Positions 46,553-55,671 of a stretch of 64,000 nt of DNA are shown piece by piece (the first letter of the stretch is position 1; every line of letters starts with the position of its first letter). Below the pieces are notes generated by a model that saw only the letters and a program-made list of their open reading frames with translations, was not told the DNA's origin and did not search any database. The position numbers and the translations under genes are program-made. Source of the DNA: a plasmid. Where the stretch lies: the sequence record NZ_CP124633.1; one strand, 5' to 3'.

Positions 46553-48262
46553 TCAGCCCAGCACGACGGGGGTGATCAGCACCACGATGACCTCGCGCTT
46601 GGTATTGCGGGTCAGCCCGCCGCCAAGCCCGAAGAACCCAGCGTCGCCGGTGCCGACCTTGTTGGTGTCCTCGGTGGTCTGGTCGAAGCCGGAGAGTACC
46701 AAGGTCTCGCCGCTGCGCAGGCGTACCTTCTGGTCGAACAGTTGTATGTCGTAGCTCGGGAACTGGGCTTTGGAGTCCCCGCTGGTCTGCATTTCGAACG
46801 TCGGCCGGGAGGTCATGTTGATGTTGATCTTCAGCAGCATCTCGCCGCTTTCCATCACGAACGGCAGCAGGCTCATGTTGTAGCCGCTGGTCACGGCGCC
46901 CGGGATCAGCGAGGTGGTACTGCCGACCTGGGCGACGTTGGAGATCTGGCTGGAGGCCAGGTAGCTGTCGTAGCGGCCGATCTGGATCGGCGCCGACTGG
47001 AGGTTGAGCGTGGTCACGGACGGGGAGCGGACGGTCGAAACGCGGCCCTGCTGGGCCAGCGCCTGGACCATGGCTTTGGAGCCAGCCCAGGCGCTGTTGG
47101 CGGTATCCAGGATGCTCACGGAGCCGGAGATCGCACTTTGGTCGATGCCCGGCATGGTGTTCTTCAGGCCGATGCCCCACTTGTTGTTGAGCGACTTGTA
47201 GACCAGGTTCCAGTCGATCCCCAGTTGATCCTTGTCGGTGAGGGCGACCGAGAGCACGTTGACGTTCAGCAGCACCTGCTTGGTGATGCTCTCGTTCTCC
47301 CGGTTGACCAGCTGCTGGACACGGTTGAGGACCTCTGGACGGTCGGTAACGGTCAGGGTGCCCGTGGCACGCGACAGCGACATGCGTCCCATGCTCGGCG
47401 TCAGCATCGAGTTGATGCTGTTTTCTATGTCGCTGAGGATCGAGGTCTTCAGCTCAGAGCTGGTTGTCTGCTTGCTGCCGGAGTCGCCGCTGATGCCGGA
47501 GCTGCCATTCTGCCCAGTGGATCCGGAGCCATCCCCGCTGATGCCGGCGGCCGTCGTCATACCAGAACGCACGGTGGAGTCCACCGTATTGACGTCGTCG
47601 AAGGCGTAGATGCGGAAGGTCCGAGTGTCCAGGTAGTAGAACTCGACCCGTTTCTCGGTTGGGTTGTAGCGCCAGGACACGCCGGCGCGGGCGGCGATGA
47701 GATCGAGGAATCCGCTGACCTTGCCGTTCCATTTGATGTTGTACAGCGACCGCGGGCCGTAGGACCCGAAGCTCGACCCGATGCTGCCGCCGGCACCTAG
47801 GGACATGCCGTTGGCGACGGAGGCAGGAAACAGCATGGTGGCCATGTCCTGGCCGCCTTGGATGGGCGGCGGGGCGTTGCTCGCGCGCTGCTGAGGTTGC
47901 AGGGCAAAAGCGGCCGGGTTCAGCGCGTCGGGCGTGATACTGACCGCCAGGTGGCATTGGTTGATGACTTCCTGGGCGGCCTCCTGCAGCGACGCTGCGC
48001 CTGCAGGGCGCCACGTCACGATGCAGTCACTGGACAAGGTGTGCGAAACGCTCAGAGGCTTCGTGCTGACCCAGGGTTTGTCGGAGAACACCACCGTATC
48101 GCGGCGATCCGGTCGGGTGTTGCGCATCTGTGCTGCGATCGTCGACGCGGAATCTGCCGTGGCTTCGACACGATCCGCCGACTCGTTCACCCGTGCGACC
48201 GAGCAACTGGCCAGCGCGGGGATCAGGAGGCAAGGCAAGAGGTTCTTCAGGGGGGCACGCAT
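46553..48262 (-). CDS. pilN: PilN secretin lipoprotein.
   Basis: Lipobox LASC. C-terminal secretin motifs ...GFFGLGGG...VIVVLITP. Confidence 0.8.
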   Translation of the reverse strand: MRAPLKNLLPCLLIPALASCSVARVNESADRVEATADSASTIAAQMRNTRPDRRDTVVFSDKPWVSTKPLSVSHTLSSDCIVTWRPAGAASLQEAAQEVINQCHLAVSITPDALNPAAFALQPQQRASNAPPPIQGGQDMATMLFPASVANGMSLGAGGSIGSSFGSYGPRSLYNIKWNGKVSGFLDLIAARAGVSWRYNPTEKRVEFYYLDTRTFRIYAFDDVNTVDSTVRSGMTTAAGISGDGSGSTGQNGSSGISGDSGSKQTTSSELKTSILSDIENSINSMLTPSMGRMSLSRATGTLTVTDRPEVLNRVQQLVNRENESITKQVLLNVNVLSVALTDKDQLGIDWNLVYKSLNNKWGIGLKNTMPGIDQSAISGSVSILDTANSAWAGSKAMVQALAQQGRVSTVRSPSVTTLNLQSAPIQIGRYDSYLASSQISNVAQVGSTTSLIPGAVTSGYNMSLLPFVMESGEMLLKININMTSRPTFEMQTSGDSKAQFPSYDIQLFDQKVRLRSGETLVLSGFDQTTEDTNKVGTGDAGFFGLGGGLTRNTKREVIVVLITPVVLG

Positions 48263-49385
48263 CAGTTCTTGCGCTCCTTGACGATGATCAGGGACTGCGG
48301 CCGGCTGGCGTTCACCAGGAAGGGCCGTTCGGCAGCGTCATACAGCGGGAACAGCTCGGATACCACGTCCTCGAAGGAGCCGTGGAAGGTCAGAGGAGCT
48401 TCGATCGGATAGTTGAGATCCTGCGGCTCCCAGCGGACGGTCCAGCGTGCGCGCTTGGCCCAGGCTTCCAAGGTGTCGCGCAGGGTTGATCCCGTTTCGG
48501 CTGACCAGGACTGTGTCAACTGCCGGCTCGGCTCTGTCGGCGTGAGCACCTTGACCGGAGGGGCGGAAGCCACGGTGGCCGGAGTGGGCGGCGTGGACTT
48601 TACGGCGGAAGCCAGGGGCTTTATCGGTGCCGAAGCCGCGGGAGGAGAAGAGGGGTGGCCATCCTTGGCCGGTGCGGCTGGGGGGAGCACAGTGGTGGAT
48701 TCAGGCTTCTTGGTCGGAGCGGGGCTGGTTGTGATCGGCGCCGGCGTTGGCACCGAGGCGACCACGACGGGCGATTCCAGCGTGCTGACTTTTTCCGTGG
48801 AGGAGGGTTGCGCTACCGCCGCTGGAGTTGGGGCAGCGGGCTTCGCATATAGTTGCTGGACCGGTTTCGGCCTCGGCGCCGGGGAAGTTGATAGCCCGGG
48901 CGCAGCACGAAGCAGACCTGCCGCGCGACCTCGTCGACCTTCACCTGCCAGGCAGGGCCGGAGAGGACCTGGAGGGTGTTGCGCAGGGTCATGGGGCCGA
49001 GCTTGTACTGAGCCGCCGGCAGCGGCCGGGTGTAGAGGATGTTCACATGACCGGCCTCTGCCGGGCACAGCGAGTAACCCGAGCGGCTCATCACGTACTG
49101 CATGGCGTCCTTGACACTCGGGTTCATGCTCGACGGGATGGTCACGTCGATAATCTGTGCCATCAGGTCGCGCTGGCCAGCGTCCGGCTGGGTGCTGACC
49201 AGGGTGTAGCGCCCGTAGCGCACGACGGGCTCCTTCTCCGGCTGTACGCCATTCGGGTACAGGTCCGGTGAGAGCAGGTCTGGATTGCGGCTGCTGTCGA
49301 AGGCGGGCCTGGCCGGCTCAGCCTTGTGGGTCGTGCAGCTGGCGAGCAGCAGGCACAGCGTGAGAGTGGTCAACTGCCTGGTCAT
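48262..49385 (-). pseudogene. pilL: PilL lipoprotein gene (lipoprotein N-domain + Pro/Thr linker + TcpQ-like C-domain), split across two frames near a CCCGGG run at about 48890-48900.
   Basis: Frame 1, from ATG 49383-49385, encodes MTRQLTTLTLCLLLASC... and ends in junk RRRGRNRSS. Frame 2, ending at 48262, encodes ...APGLSTSPAPRPKP...PT-rich...TEPSRQLTQSWSAETGSTLRDTLEAWAKRARWTVRWEPQDLNYPIEAPLTFHG. A single-base indel would join them into one ~370-aa lipoprotein. Confidence 0.6.
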
Positions 49386-49586
49386 TGAGGCCCCCTTTGA
49401 TGATGGGGCACACAATGGCAGGCCAATCGCCATGCCTCAGCAGGAAATACTCGGCAACAGGGTAGGGGATTTCTTTGGCCCACCCGCAGGATTGTGCTTC
49501 AAGGGGAGCCAACAGAATTTGGAACAAAGCGTGTGCTAAGGCTGCGTGCGATTGACTGTTTGTGATTTATAAGTCACAGTTGGCCC

Positions 49587-49886
49587 ATGGTTGAAGTCAA
49601 ACAAACCGCCACTTTCATGGCATGGGAAAGCAAGCTAAAGGATCGGCGGGCTAAGGCCGTGATCGCCGCCCGTATCTTCCGATTGGCGAATGGACTACCC
49701 GGCGATGTGTCACCAGTCGGCCAGGGTGTGAGCGAGTTGAGGATTCACTATGGCCCAGGCTATCGGGTGTACTTCCAGCAGCGCGGGACGGAAATCGTCA
49801 TTCTGCTATGTGGTGGAGACAAGAGCAGCCAGGCCAGGGATATAGAAATGGCGAAACGCCTGGCAAATGAGTGGAGGCCGCAATGA
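49587..49886 (+). CDS. RelE/ParE-superfamily toxin (HigB-like addiction-module killer).
   Basis: 99 aa with ...RIFRLANGLPGDVSPVGQGVSELRIHYGPGYRVYF... Confidence 0.75.
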   Translation: MVEVKQTATFMAWESKLKDRRAKAVIAARIFRLANGLPGDVSPVGQGVSELRIHYGPGYRVYFQQRGTEIVILLCGGDKSSQARDIEMAKRLANEWRPQ

Positions 49887-50173
49887 CCGAGCAAATTTAT
49901 GATTATGACCCCGCGCAAGCGCTGGACAGCCCGGAGGCCATGGCTCTGTTCATCGCAGACGCTTTGGATACTGGAGACACCGCCTATATCGCTAAGGCTA
50001 TGGGAGTCGTGGCCCGCGCCAAGGGGATGACGGAGTTGGCCAAGGAAACGGGTTTGGCCAGGGAGCAGCTTTACAAATCGTTTAGTGAGCGCGGGAACCC
50101 TACATTGAAAACCATGCTGGCAGTAATGCGAGCTCTGGGAGTTGATCTGACCGCCCGCCCGCATGCTCAGTGA
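49883..50173 (+). CDS. HigA-like antitoxin (HTH).
   Basis: ATGA overlap with the toxin stop. ...MGVVARAKGMTELAKETGLAREQLYKSF... helix-turn-helix. Confidence 0.7.
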   Translation: MTEQIYDYDPAQALDSPEAMALFIADALDTGDTAYIAKAMGVVARAKGMTELAKETGLAREQLYKSFSERGNPTLKTMLAVMRALGVDLTARPHAQ

Positions 50174-50255
50174 GAACTCGTCCAGTTAGAGTTCTCTCTC
50201 CCGATCCTTGGCTATCACTGGTGAATCGAGTTGCTGGGCTCACTCATGTATCGTG

Positions 50256-50588
50256 CTATCGCTCATACCTAGGGAATAGGACTTCCCTAATCTTTGAATC
50301 CATCACTGACTCTATCTCGTCATAGGTGAAGGGGTAGCGTGCAACTTCATCCTCGACGAGTTCTATGTATAGCGCTGGAACTGTAGGTTCCCGGTGAAGG
50401 TAATATAAGGCGATTGCTGTCGCCATTTCGCAAAGTCTATCTGGGTCGGCCAGCGTTTCCTTAATGTTCGCTAGCAGCTCTGGAGAGGCGGCATGTGCGA
50501 GCTCGTAGAGCGCCTCGATCTTCAGCAACGCTTGCAGCACCATATTTCTTCTGTAGTCGATAGTCGGTGAGGGCTGCTCGAATCTCAT
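50256..50588 (-). CDS. Hypothetical protein (110 aa).
   Basis: Start MRFEQPSPTIDY at 50586-50588. The track start adds an Arg-rich extension. Lower-GC stretch. Confidence 0.45.
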   Translation of the reverse strand: MRFEQPSPTIDYRRNMVLQALLKIEALYELAHAASPELLANIKETLADPDRLCEMATAIALYYLHREPTVPALYIELVEDEVARYPFTYDEIESVMDSKIREVLFPRYER

Positions 50589-50728
50589 TTTTGGGGCATC
50601 TCCTGCTGAACAGTCGTGTCGTTGTGATCGAGCTTGCTTCCTGCTCCTCCGTGTTGCAGCAGGAAGTGCTCGGTTGGTGCGAGTAGTTTTTTTGCTGTGT
50701 CGATCAGCGGCTGGTTCAACCCGAGTAA

Positions 50729-52705
50729 TCAGCGTTCGGCAAGGCTTGCGGCCAAAAGCGCACGGTTTCCGTCGACCTGCTCGGGCTCGATGAGGTCCTG
50801 GGCAACCTGGCGTTTCGCGTTGAGCAGTTGCCACAGCTGCTCGTCGATCGTGCCCTCGACCAGTGGGATCTTCACCACCACCATGCGGAGCTGGCCGTTG
50901 CGGTACGCGCGGTCCTCGGCTTGTTCCTGCTGACCTGGAGTCCAGGGCAGGCCGAGGAAAAACACGTAGTTCGCCGCAGTGAGGTTGTTGCCCGTCCCGG
51001 CGGCCGCCGTGGTGCAGATGAACACCCGGCAGTCGGGATCCTGCTGGAAGCGATCGATCGCTTTCTGCCGCTTGGTGAGCGAGTCATTGCCCACCAGCGT
51101 GACGCAGCCGTGCCCGGCCTGCTCGCAGAGTTCTTTCAGCGCAGCCACGGTCGGCTTGAACTCGCAGAACAGGATCACCTTGTCCTCGGCGTCGAGCTCG
51201 CTCAACAGGTCCATCGCCACGCGAACCTTCACTGTTTCCAGGTAGCGCCGCAGCGCGCCGAGTCTCGCGAAGACCGGTCGGTCCTCGAGGCGCAACAAGT
51301 CGTATTGCTGGCGTTCCTCGGTGGAGAGAGCCACCTTCAGCAACTGCCGCTGCTTGCCCTTGAGATTGGGCAGTACGTCCTTGCGCCTGCGCAGCATCCA
51401 GTCGCCCAGTTCCGCCCGCAGGCTCTGGCGGAACTCGGGGTTGCCGGCGAAACGGTCGCAGAACTCTTTCAGCGGCAGTTGGCCTATTGGGTGGCCCGAA
51501 AGGCGCAGCAGGGTGTGCAACTCGGTCTCGCGGTTGAGAACCGGCGTGCCGGTGAGCAGGTAGCGATTCGGCACCTGGGCGGCGATGTCGAAACCGTGCC
51601 GCGTGCATTGCGCCGTCGGTTCCTTCATCCGTTGTGCCTCGTCGATTACCATCACGGCGAAGCGAGAAGCGTTGGCGACGAAGGGGCTCAACTGCTCGTA
51701 GTTGACCAGGATCCACTGAGCCTCTGGGTCGTCCTGCTGGATGGTCACGATGGCCGAGGGATAGACCTCCTGGATCTCGCGCTGCCAGTTGATCAGCAGG
51801 GTAGCCAGGGTGATGACTAGGATTGGTCTGCCGGCCGCGCGGATCGATGCCGCAATGACCGCCTGGCGGGTCTTGCCCAACCCCATGTCGTCGGCCAACA
51901 GGGCACTCGTTCTCTGCAGCAAGTGAGCGATGCCGGCTGGCTGGTGAGCCAGTAGCGAGTAGCCCTGCAGTGCCGACTCGATATCAGCTGAACTGTACTC
52001 GGTGCGCTCGATCTCCGGCACCGCGGCGAGGTAGATGTCACAGGCTGACTCGTCCTCCAAGGATGGCGCTGCCGGTTCCTGCTGTGGACCGCCGATGCTC
52101 ATGCTGGGCAGCTCGGTCGCCGGCGCGAAACTACCGTCGCTGAGCAGCTCCTGGACGGTATCCAGTATCTCGAATTGTTCTTCGGCGAGGCCAAGCTCCA
52201 GGATCAGGTTGCTGCGAAGCAGCTCAGGTGTGGCGTCGATGCGCCAGGAGCTCGATGGACGCAGGAACACCCCGCGCATACGCCGAGCCACCGCCACCAC
52301 ACCGGGATGGAACTCGCCTGACAGCAGGACGCCGCCTTCGGCCAGCGGCGCGATGCGCAGCAGCAAACCCCAGGTGAAGGCCTGTCGGTCAAGCGAGGCC
52401 TGTGCAGATTCGACCATGCCGCTGAAGTCCCGCCAGGACTGTGAGTGGAGGCCTCCAGCGAGCTCGGCGAGTCGGTTGTATAGAGAGTCAAGTTCGGGCA
52501 GCAACTTGGCCTTGGGGACCCGCCAGTAGCGGTGCAACGGATGCTCCCGGGCGCTGATGAAGAAGCCGGACAGTTCCAGCAGCGCGCGGTTGCTGCCTGC
52601 GATGTAGGGGATCTTCAAGCCGAAGTCGTAGCCGTCGAAGATAGCCCGCTGCAGAAGCGTCGAAGGAGTTGCGGAGGTACGGTTGACCAGGCGTGGACGG
52701 TTCAT
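50729..52705 (-). CDS. SNF2-family helicase (second copy).
   Basis: Motifs DDMGLGKT, DEAQ, and a helicase C-terminal QAEDRAYRNGQ. ATGA overlap with the upstream gene. Confidence 0.8.
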   Translation of the reverse strand: MNRPRLVNRTSATPSTLLQRAIFDGYDFGLKIPYIAGSNRALLELSGFFISAREHPLHRYWRVPKAKLLPELDSLYNRLAELAGGLHSQSWRDFSGMVESAQASLDRQAFTWGLLLRIAPLAEGGVLLSGEFHPGVVAVARRMRGVFLRPSSSWRIDATPELLRSNLILELGLAEEQFEILDTVQELLSDGSFAPATELPSMSIGGPQQEPAAPSLEDESACDIYLAAVPEIERTEYSSADIESALQGYSLLAHQPAGIAHLLQRTSALLADDMGLGKTRQAVIAASIRAAGRPILVITLATLLINWQREIQEVYPSAIVTIQQDDPEAQWILVNYEQLSPFVANASRFAVMVIDEAQRMKEPTAQCTRHGFDIAAQVPNRYLLTGTPVLNRETELHTLLRLSGHPIGQLPLKEFCDRFAGNPEFRQSLRAELGDWMLRRRKDVLPNLKGKQRQLLKVALSTEERQQYDLLRLEDRPVFARLGALRRYLETVKVRVAMDLLSELDAEDKVILFCEFKPTVAALKELCEQAGHGCVTLVGNDSLTKRQKAIDRFQQDPDCRVFICTTAAAGTGNNLTAANYVFFLGLPWTPGQQEQAEDRAYRNGQLRMVVVKIPLVEGTIDEQLWQLLNAKRQVAQDLIEPEQVDGNRALLAASLAER

Positions 52706-54597
52706 CGGTCTTCCAACCGAGTGAGCAGCCACTTCGCCGTGGCTTCGGCGAGGCCCGCCTTCCAGCGACCATCGGCGAAGCGTGTCATGTGGGCGGTCAT
52801 GTCGGGCCAGTTCAGGTTCGTCGCTATGGCTCCAGAGCGAATCCGTTCCATGAACCAGTGGTATGCCTGGCCGGCAGGGGAATCGGCCGGCACGGGGTTA
52901 TTATCGAATTCGCGCAATTGCACCGTGGAAAGGTGCTGGGGATTCCAGGGCCTACCTAGAGGCTCGCCATGTTCACGCCTGAGCTCCAATTCGGCAGAGG
53001 CCAGTGGGCGGCCAGCCTCACGTACTGAGAGCAGTCGGCAGTCTCCTCGATAGGCGGCCTGGTCGTAGCTATCTATGCAATGGGCCAGCGCGATATGTTC
53101 GGCGTAGAGGGCGGCAGGGCAGCGGAGCTCGACGATCTGCAGGCCATTGGGGCAAGCGATAAGGCCGACAGGCAGCATTCCCTCCCAGGTGGTGTACTCG
53201 TCGGTGTCGACCAGATCGGGCAGGCTGCTCTGCACTGCGGCGCGCAGTTCCCTCTGGACCTGGTGGTAGTCGTCCACCAGGTTGCCAGCCTGTCGGTAGG
53301 TACAATGACCCAGGTACGCCTTCAGGGCGCTGCGCGCCTGCCGAACAACCTGTGAGCTCCCCTGGTCGAGGGCGGTATAGAACTCCTTGATGTCTCTCAG
53401 GCGTGCAGTGATTGCAAGCCATGCCGGATCCTGCCAATCCGACGGGCAGCCGTTGAAGAGACGGTTGTAGTCGGGCTTGGCGTTGTGAACTTGCCAAGGG
53501 ATCGCATTGTAGGCGGCATAGAATGCTGTCCATTGAGCGCGAGTGATCGGCCGCCGGTTACCTAGCGATGCTGCCATAAGGAGAGTATGCCATCCCGAAT
53601 ATCGGCCTTCCCGTTTGCGATGGAAGAGAGCTCCTCCCGCACGGCCGGGACTGACGTGACTAAGAAATCGAATCGAGGCCCGTGGCGCCTGAAATAGCCA
53701 GGCGAAAAAGTTGATGACCGAAATCCCTTCGTCCGCGACCTGCCCAAGAATACGGGCCATATCGAGGTTCAAGTCGCATGGCACGGCGGCGGCCTGCGGT
53801 CGTTCACTGTCAAGCAGGGAAAAAGGGCAAGGAAGGAAATGGCAGATGCTCTCGCCGTTGTCGTTGGTCGTCGTGTGGGGCCAGACTCCCTCCTCGCAAT
53901 CCACCAGTAGCGGCGTCAAGACCGGCTGAGTCTTCAGCATTTGCAGCCGGCGCATCTGGTCGCCTTGAGCCAGCCAGTTGTAGAGCTGGGGCGAGAGGCA
54001 CCGAACCGAGCGGATGGCGAACAGCAGATCTTGGTCCAGGACCTGTCTGAAGGTTCGCAAGACCGCTCCGATCTGCTTCAAGTAGAACCGGCGTCTCGGT
54101 GAGTAGTATCGATTGTGGCTGACTGATGGATACTGACTCTTGGGGAATGAGCCGAGGTCCTGACGCGCTAACTGAGTGGCCAACCCCTGTGCCCTCTGGG
54201 TGTAGGAGCTGAGCACAGGAACGGCATCGTCGAACTTCTTGAGGCGCTGCAGCAGCTTCAACGCTCCGGCTGGGGACGGCGTGCTTGCAGGGATACGATG
54301 GGCAGGTTTGCACTCCCACGCACCGATCAGTTGACCGTCGAAGACCTGGAGCAGAGGCCCTGCGCGCATGATGGTGTAACGCACACCATTATCCGCAGCG
54401 ACGGTGATGCACCAGCACCTGGTCGTAGAGGTGCTGCGCAGGTAGTGACGGATGAACTTGGTTCGAGCTGTCCCTGCGAGGGAGAAATGCGTTGCCCAGG
54501 TGTTGGCAACGGCGAGCTGCCGCTCGCTGTAACGGGCCAGAGATGGATCCTGTAGCGGCCCGCTAGGGGAGGCGTTGTCGAGTGGTGCCACGCGCAT
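52702..54597 (-). CDS. Large hypothetical protein (631 aa), translationally coupled to the SNF2 helicase.
   Basis: Long ORF with mixed composition and several Cys/His pairs. No motif recognised by eye. Confidence 0.55.
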   Translation of the reverse strand: MRVAPLDNASPSGPLQDPSLARYSERQLAVANTWATHFSLAGTARTKFIRHYLRSTSTTRCWCITVAADNGVRYTIMRAGPLLQVFDGQLIGAWECKPAHRIPASTPSPAGALKLLQRLKKFDDAVPVLSSYTQRAQGLATQLARQDLGSFPKSQYPSVSHNRYYSPRRRFYLKQIGAVLRTFRQVLDQDLLFAIRSVRCLSPQLYNWLAQGDQMRRLQMLKTQPVLTPLLVDCEEGVWPHTTTNDNGESICHFLPCPFSLLDSERPQAAAVPCDLNLDMARILGQVADEGISVINFFAWLFQAPRASIRFLSHVSPGRAGGALFHRKREGRYSGWHTLLMAASLGNRRPITRAQWTAFYAAYNAIPWQVHNAKPDYNRLFNGCPSDWQDPAWLAITARLRDIKEFYTALDQGSSQVVRQARSALKAYLGHCTYRQAGNLVDDYHQVQRELRAAVQSSLPDLVDTDEYTTWEGMLPVGLIACPNGLQIVELRCPAALYAEHIALAHCIDSYDQAAYRGDCRLLSVREAGRPLASAELELRREHGEPLGRPWNPQHLSTVQLREFDNNPVPADSPAGQAYHWFMERIRSGAIATNLNWPDMTAHMTRFADGRWKAGLAEATAKWLLTRLEDR

Positions 54598-54910
54598 GCT
54601 CCTGTGTAAGCGAGCAGCACTGTGGCTGGTCGGTGTGCTACGGATCGATGGGAAATGTTCAGGCCACGCGGCCTGTATTTCTTTGGATTACGAGGCCAGG
54701 AACACCAAGTGGACGCTGAGAGTCACTGCAAAGAGAATTAAAACGGTGAAGCTGAACATCATGACCTTCATGGCCACTGACCTCAAAAGGAGCCCCCGAC
54801 AGGCCTGTGTGCGGGAACAGGGTGTCGGGGGCGGGGAACACGCCGGGGATATACAGCGTGTATGGCTGAGCGTAGCTGGCCCGAATAGCGATGCAAGTCT
54901 GACAGCGAGC

Positions 54911-55663
54911 TCAGCCTGAAATGAGACATTTCAGCCTTGCCTTCCAGCCTCGCGGTTGCTCTTCAGATGGTTTTCCCCGAATGAGGTCGATGAGTTGCTC
55001 CCTCGCCTGTGCTTCATTCAGGGATCTTTCCTCCTGGGTCTTGAGGTTCAACCAGTTCAATGTGGTCTGGTAGGTGTCCATTTTCCAGCCAGCGGTATCT
55101 TCCCGACCCAACTGCAAGCGCTCCGGATGAACTTGCACAGGCAGCCCTTGTAGCAGGACCTGTTGCCGGAGTTGCCCGTACAGGCGGTAGAAGGCGTCGT
55201 TGACCTGGTAGTGGTTGAGCGTCACGTCGTGGAGCTGGCTCTTCTGCTGCTCGGCCAGGAAGAATCGAGCAATACAGGTGCGGTGGTTGCCGTCGGAGCC
55301 GACGTAGAAATTCAAGCCATCGAGTGTGTTGTAGTGGATCGCGGGCCTGCGCTCCGTTGGCTGCAGGTAGTAGCTCGGGTTGTCCAACAAGGCCTGCAGG
55401 TTTCGCTGCATTCGCTTGCCGCCAGTGAGGAAGTCGAGCCAGGACCTTCCCCGGTAGTCTTTGCGGTCGGTACCCACGACGCGGAACACATTGATCGATC
55501 CCGTCTCGGTCCAGTAGTGGCTTTGAAGGAAGGCGTGCTTTTCCTGGGGGTAGGCTTCCTCCCACGACAGCAGGACCTCTGATGCCCATGCTGGCGGTTG
55601 CTCGACTTGCCTGCGCACGAAGTCGAAATTGAGGTTCCTGTCGGTACTGGTCTGCATGTTCAT
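54911..55663 (-). CDS. ParB/sulfiredoxin-like nuclease-domain protein.
   Basis: ...VGSDGNHRTCIARFF... resembles the ParB N-terminal DGxHR...A motif. Confidence 0.45.
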   Translation of the reverse strand: MNMQTSTDRNLNFDFVRRQVEQPPAWASEVLLSWEEAYPQEKHAFLQSHYWTETGSINVFRVVGTDRKDYRGRSWLDFLTGGKRMQRNLQALLDNPSYYLQPTERRPAIHYNTLDGLNFYVGSDGNHRTCIARFFLAEQQKSQLHDVTLNHYQVNDAFYRLYGQLRQQVLLQGLPVQVHPERLQLGREDTAGWKMDTYQTTLNWLNLKTQEERSLNEAQAREQLIDLIRGKPSEEQPRGWKARLKCLISG

Positions 55664-55671
55664 GTATTTAT

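Noticed and set aside
54690-54780. 25-aa hydrophobic peptide ORF on the minus strand (MMFSFTVLILFAVTLSVHLVFLAS)
   Set aside because: Weak RBS and no conservation evidence. Too short to call.
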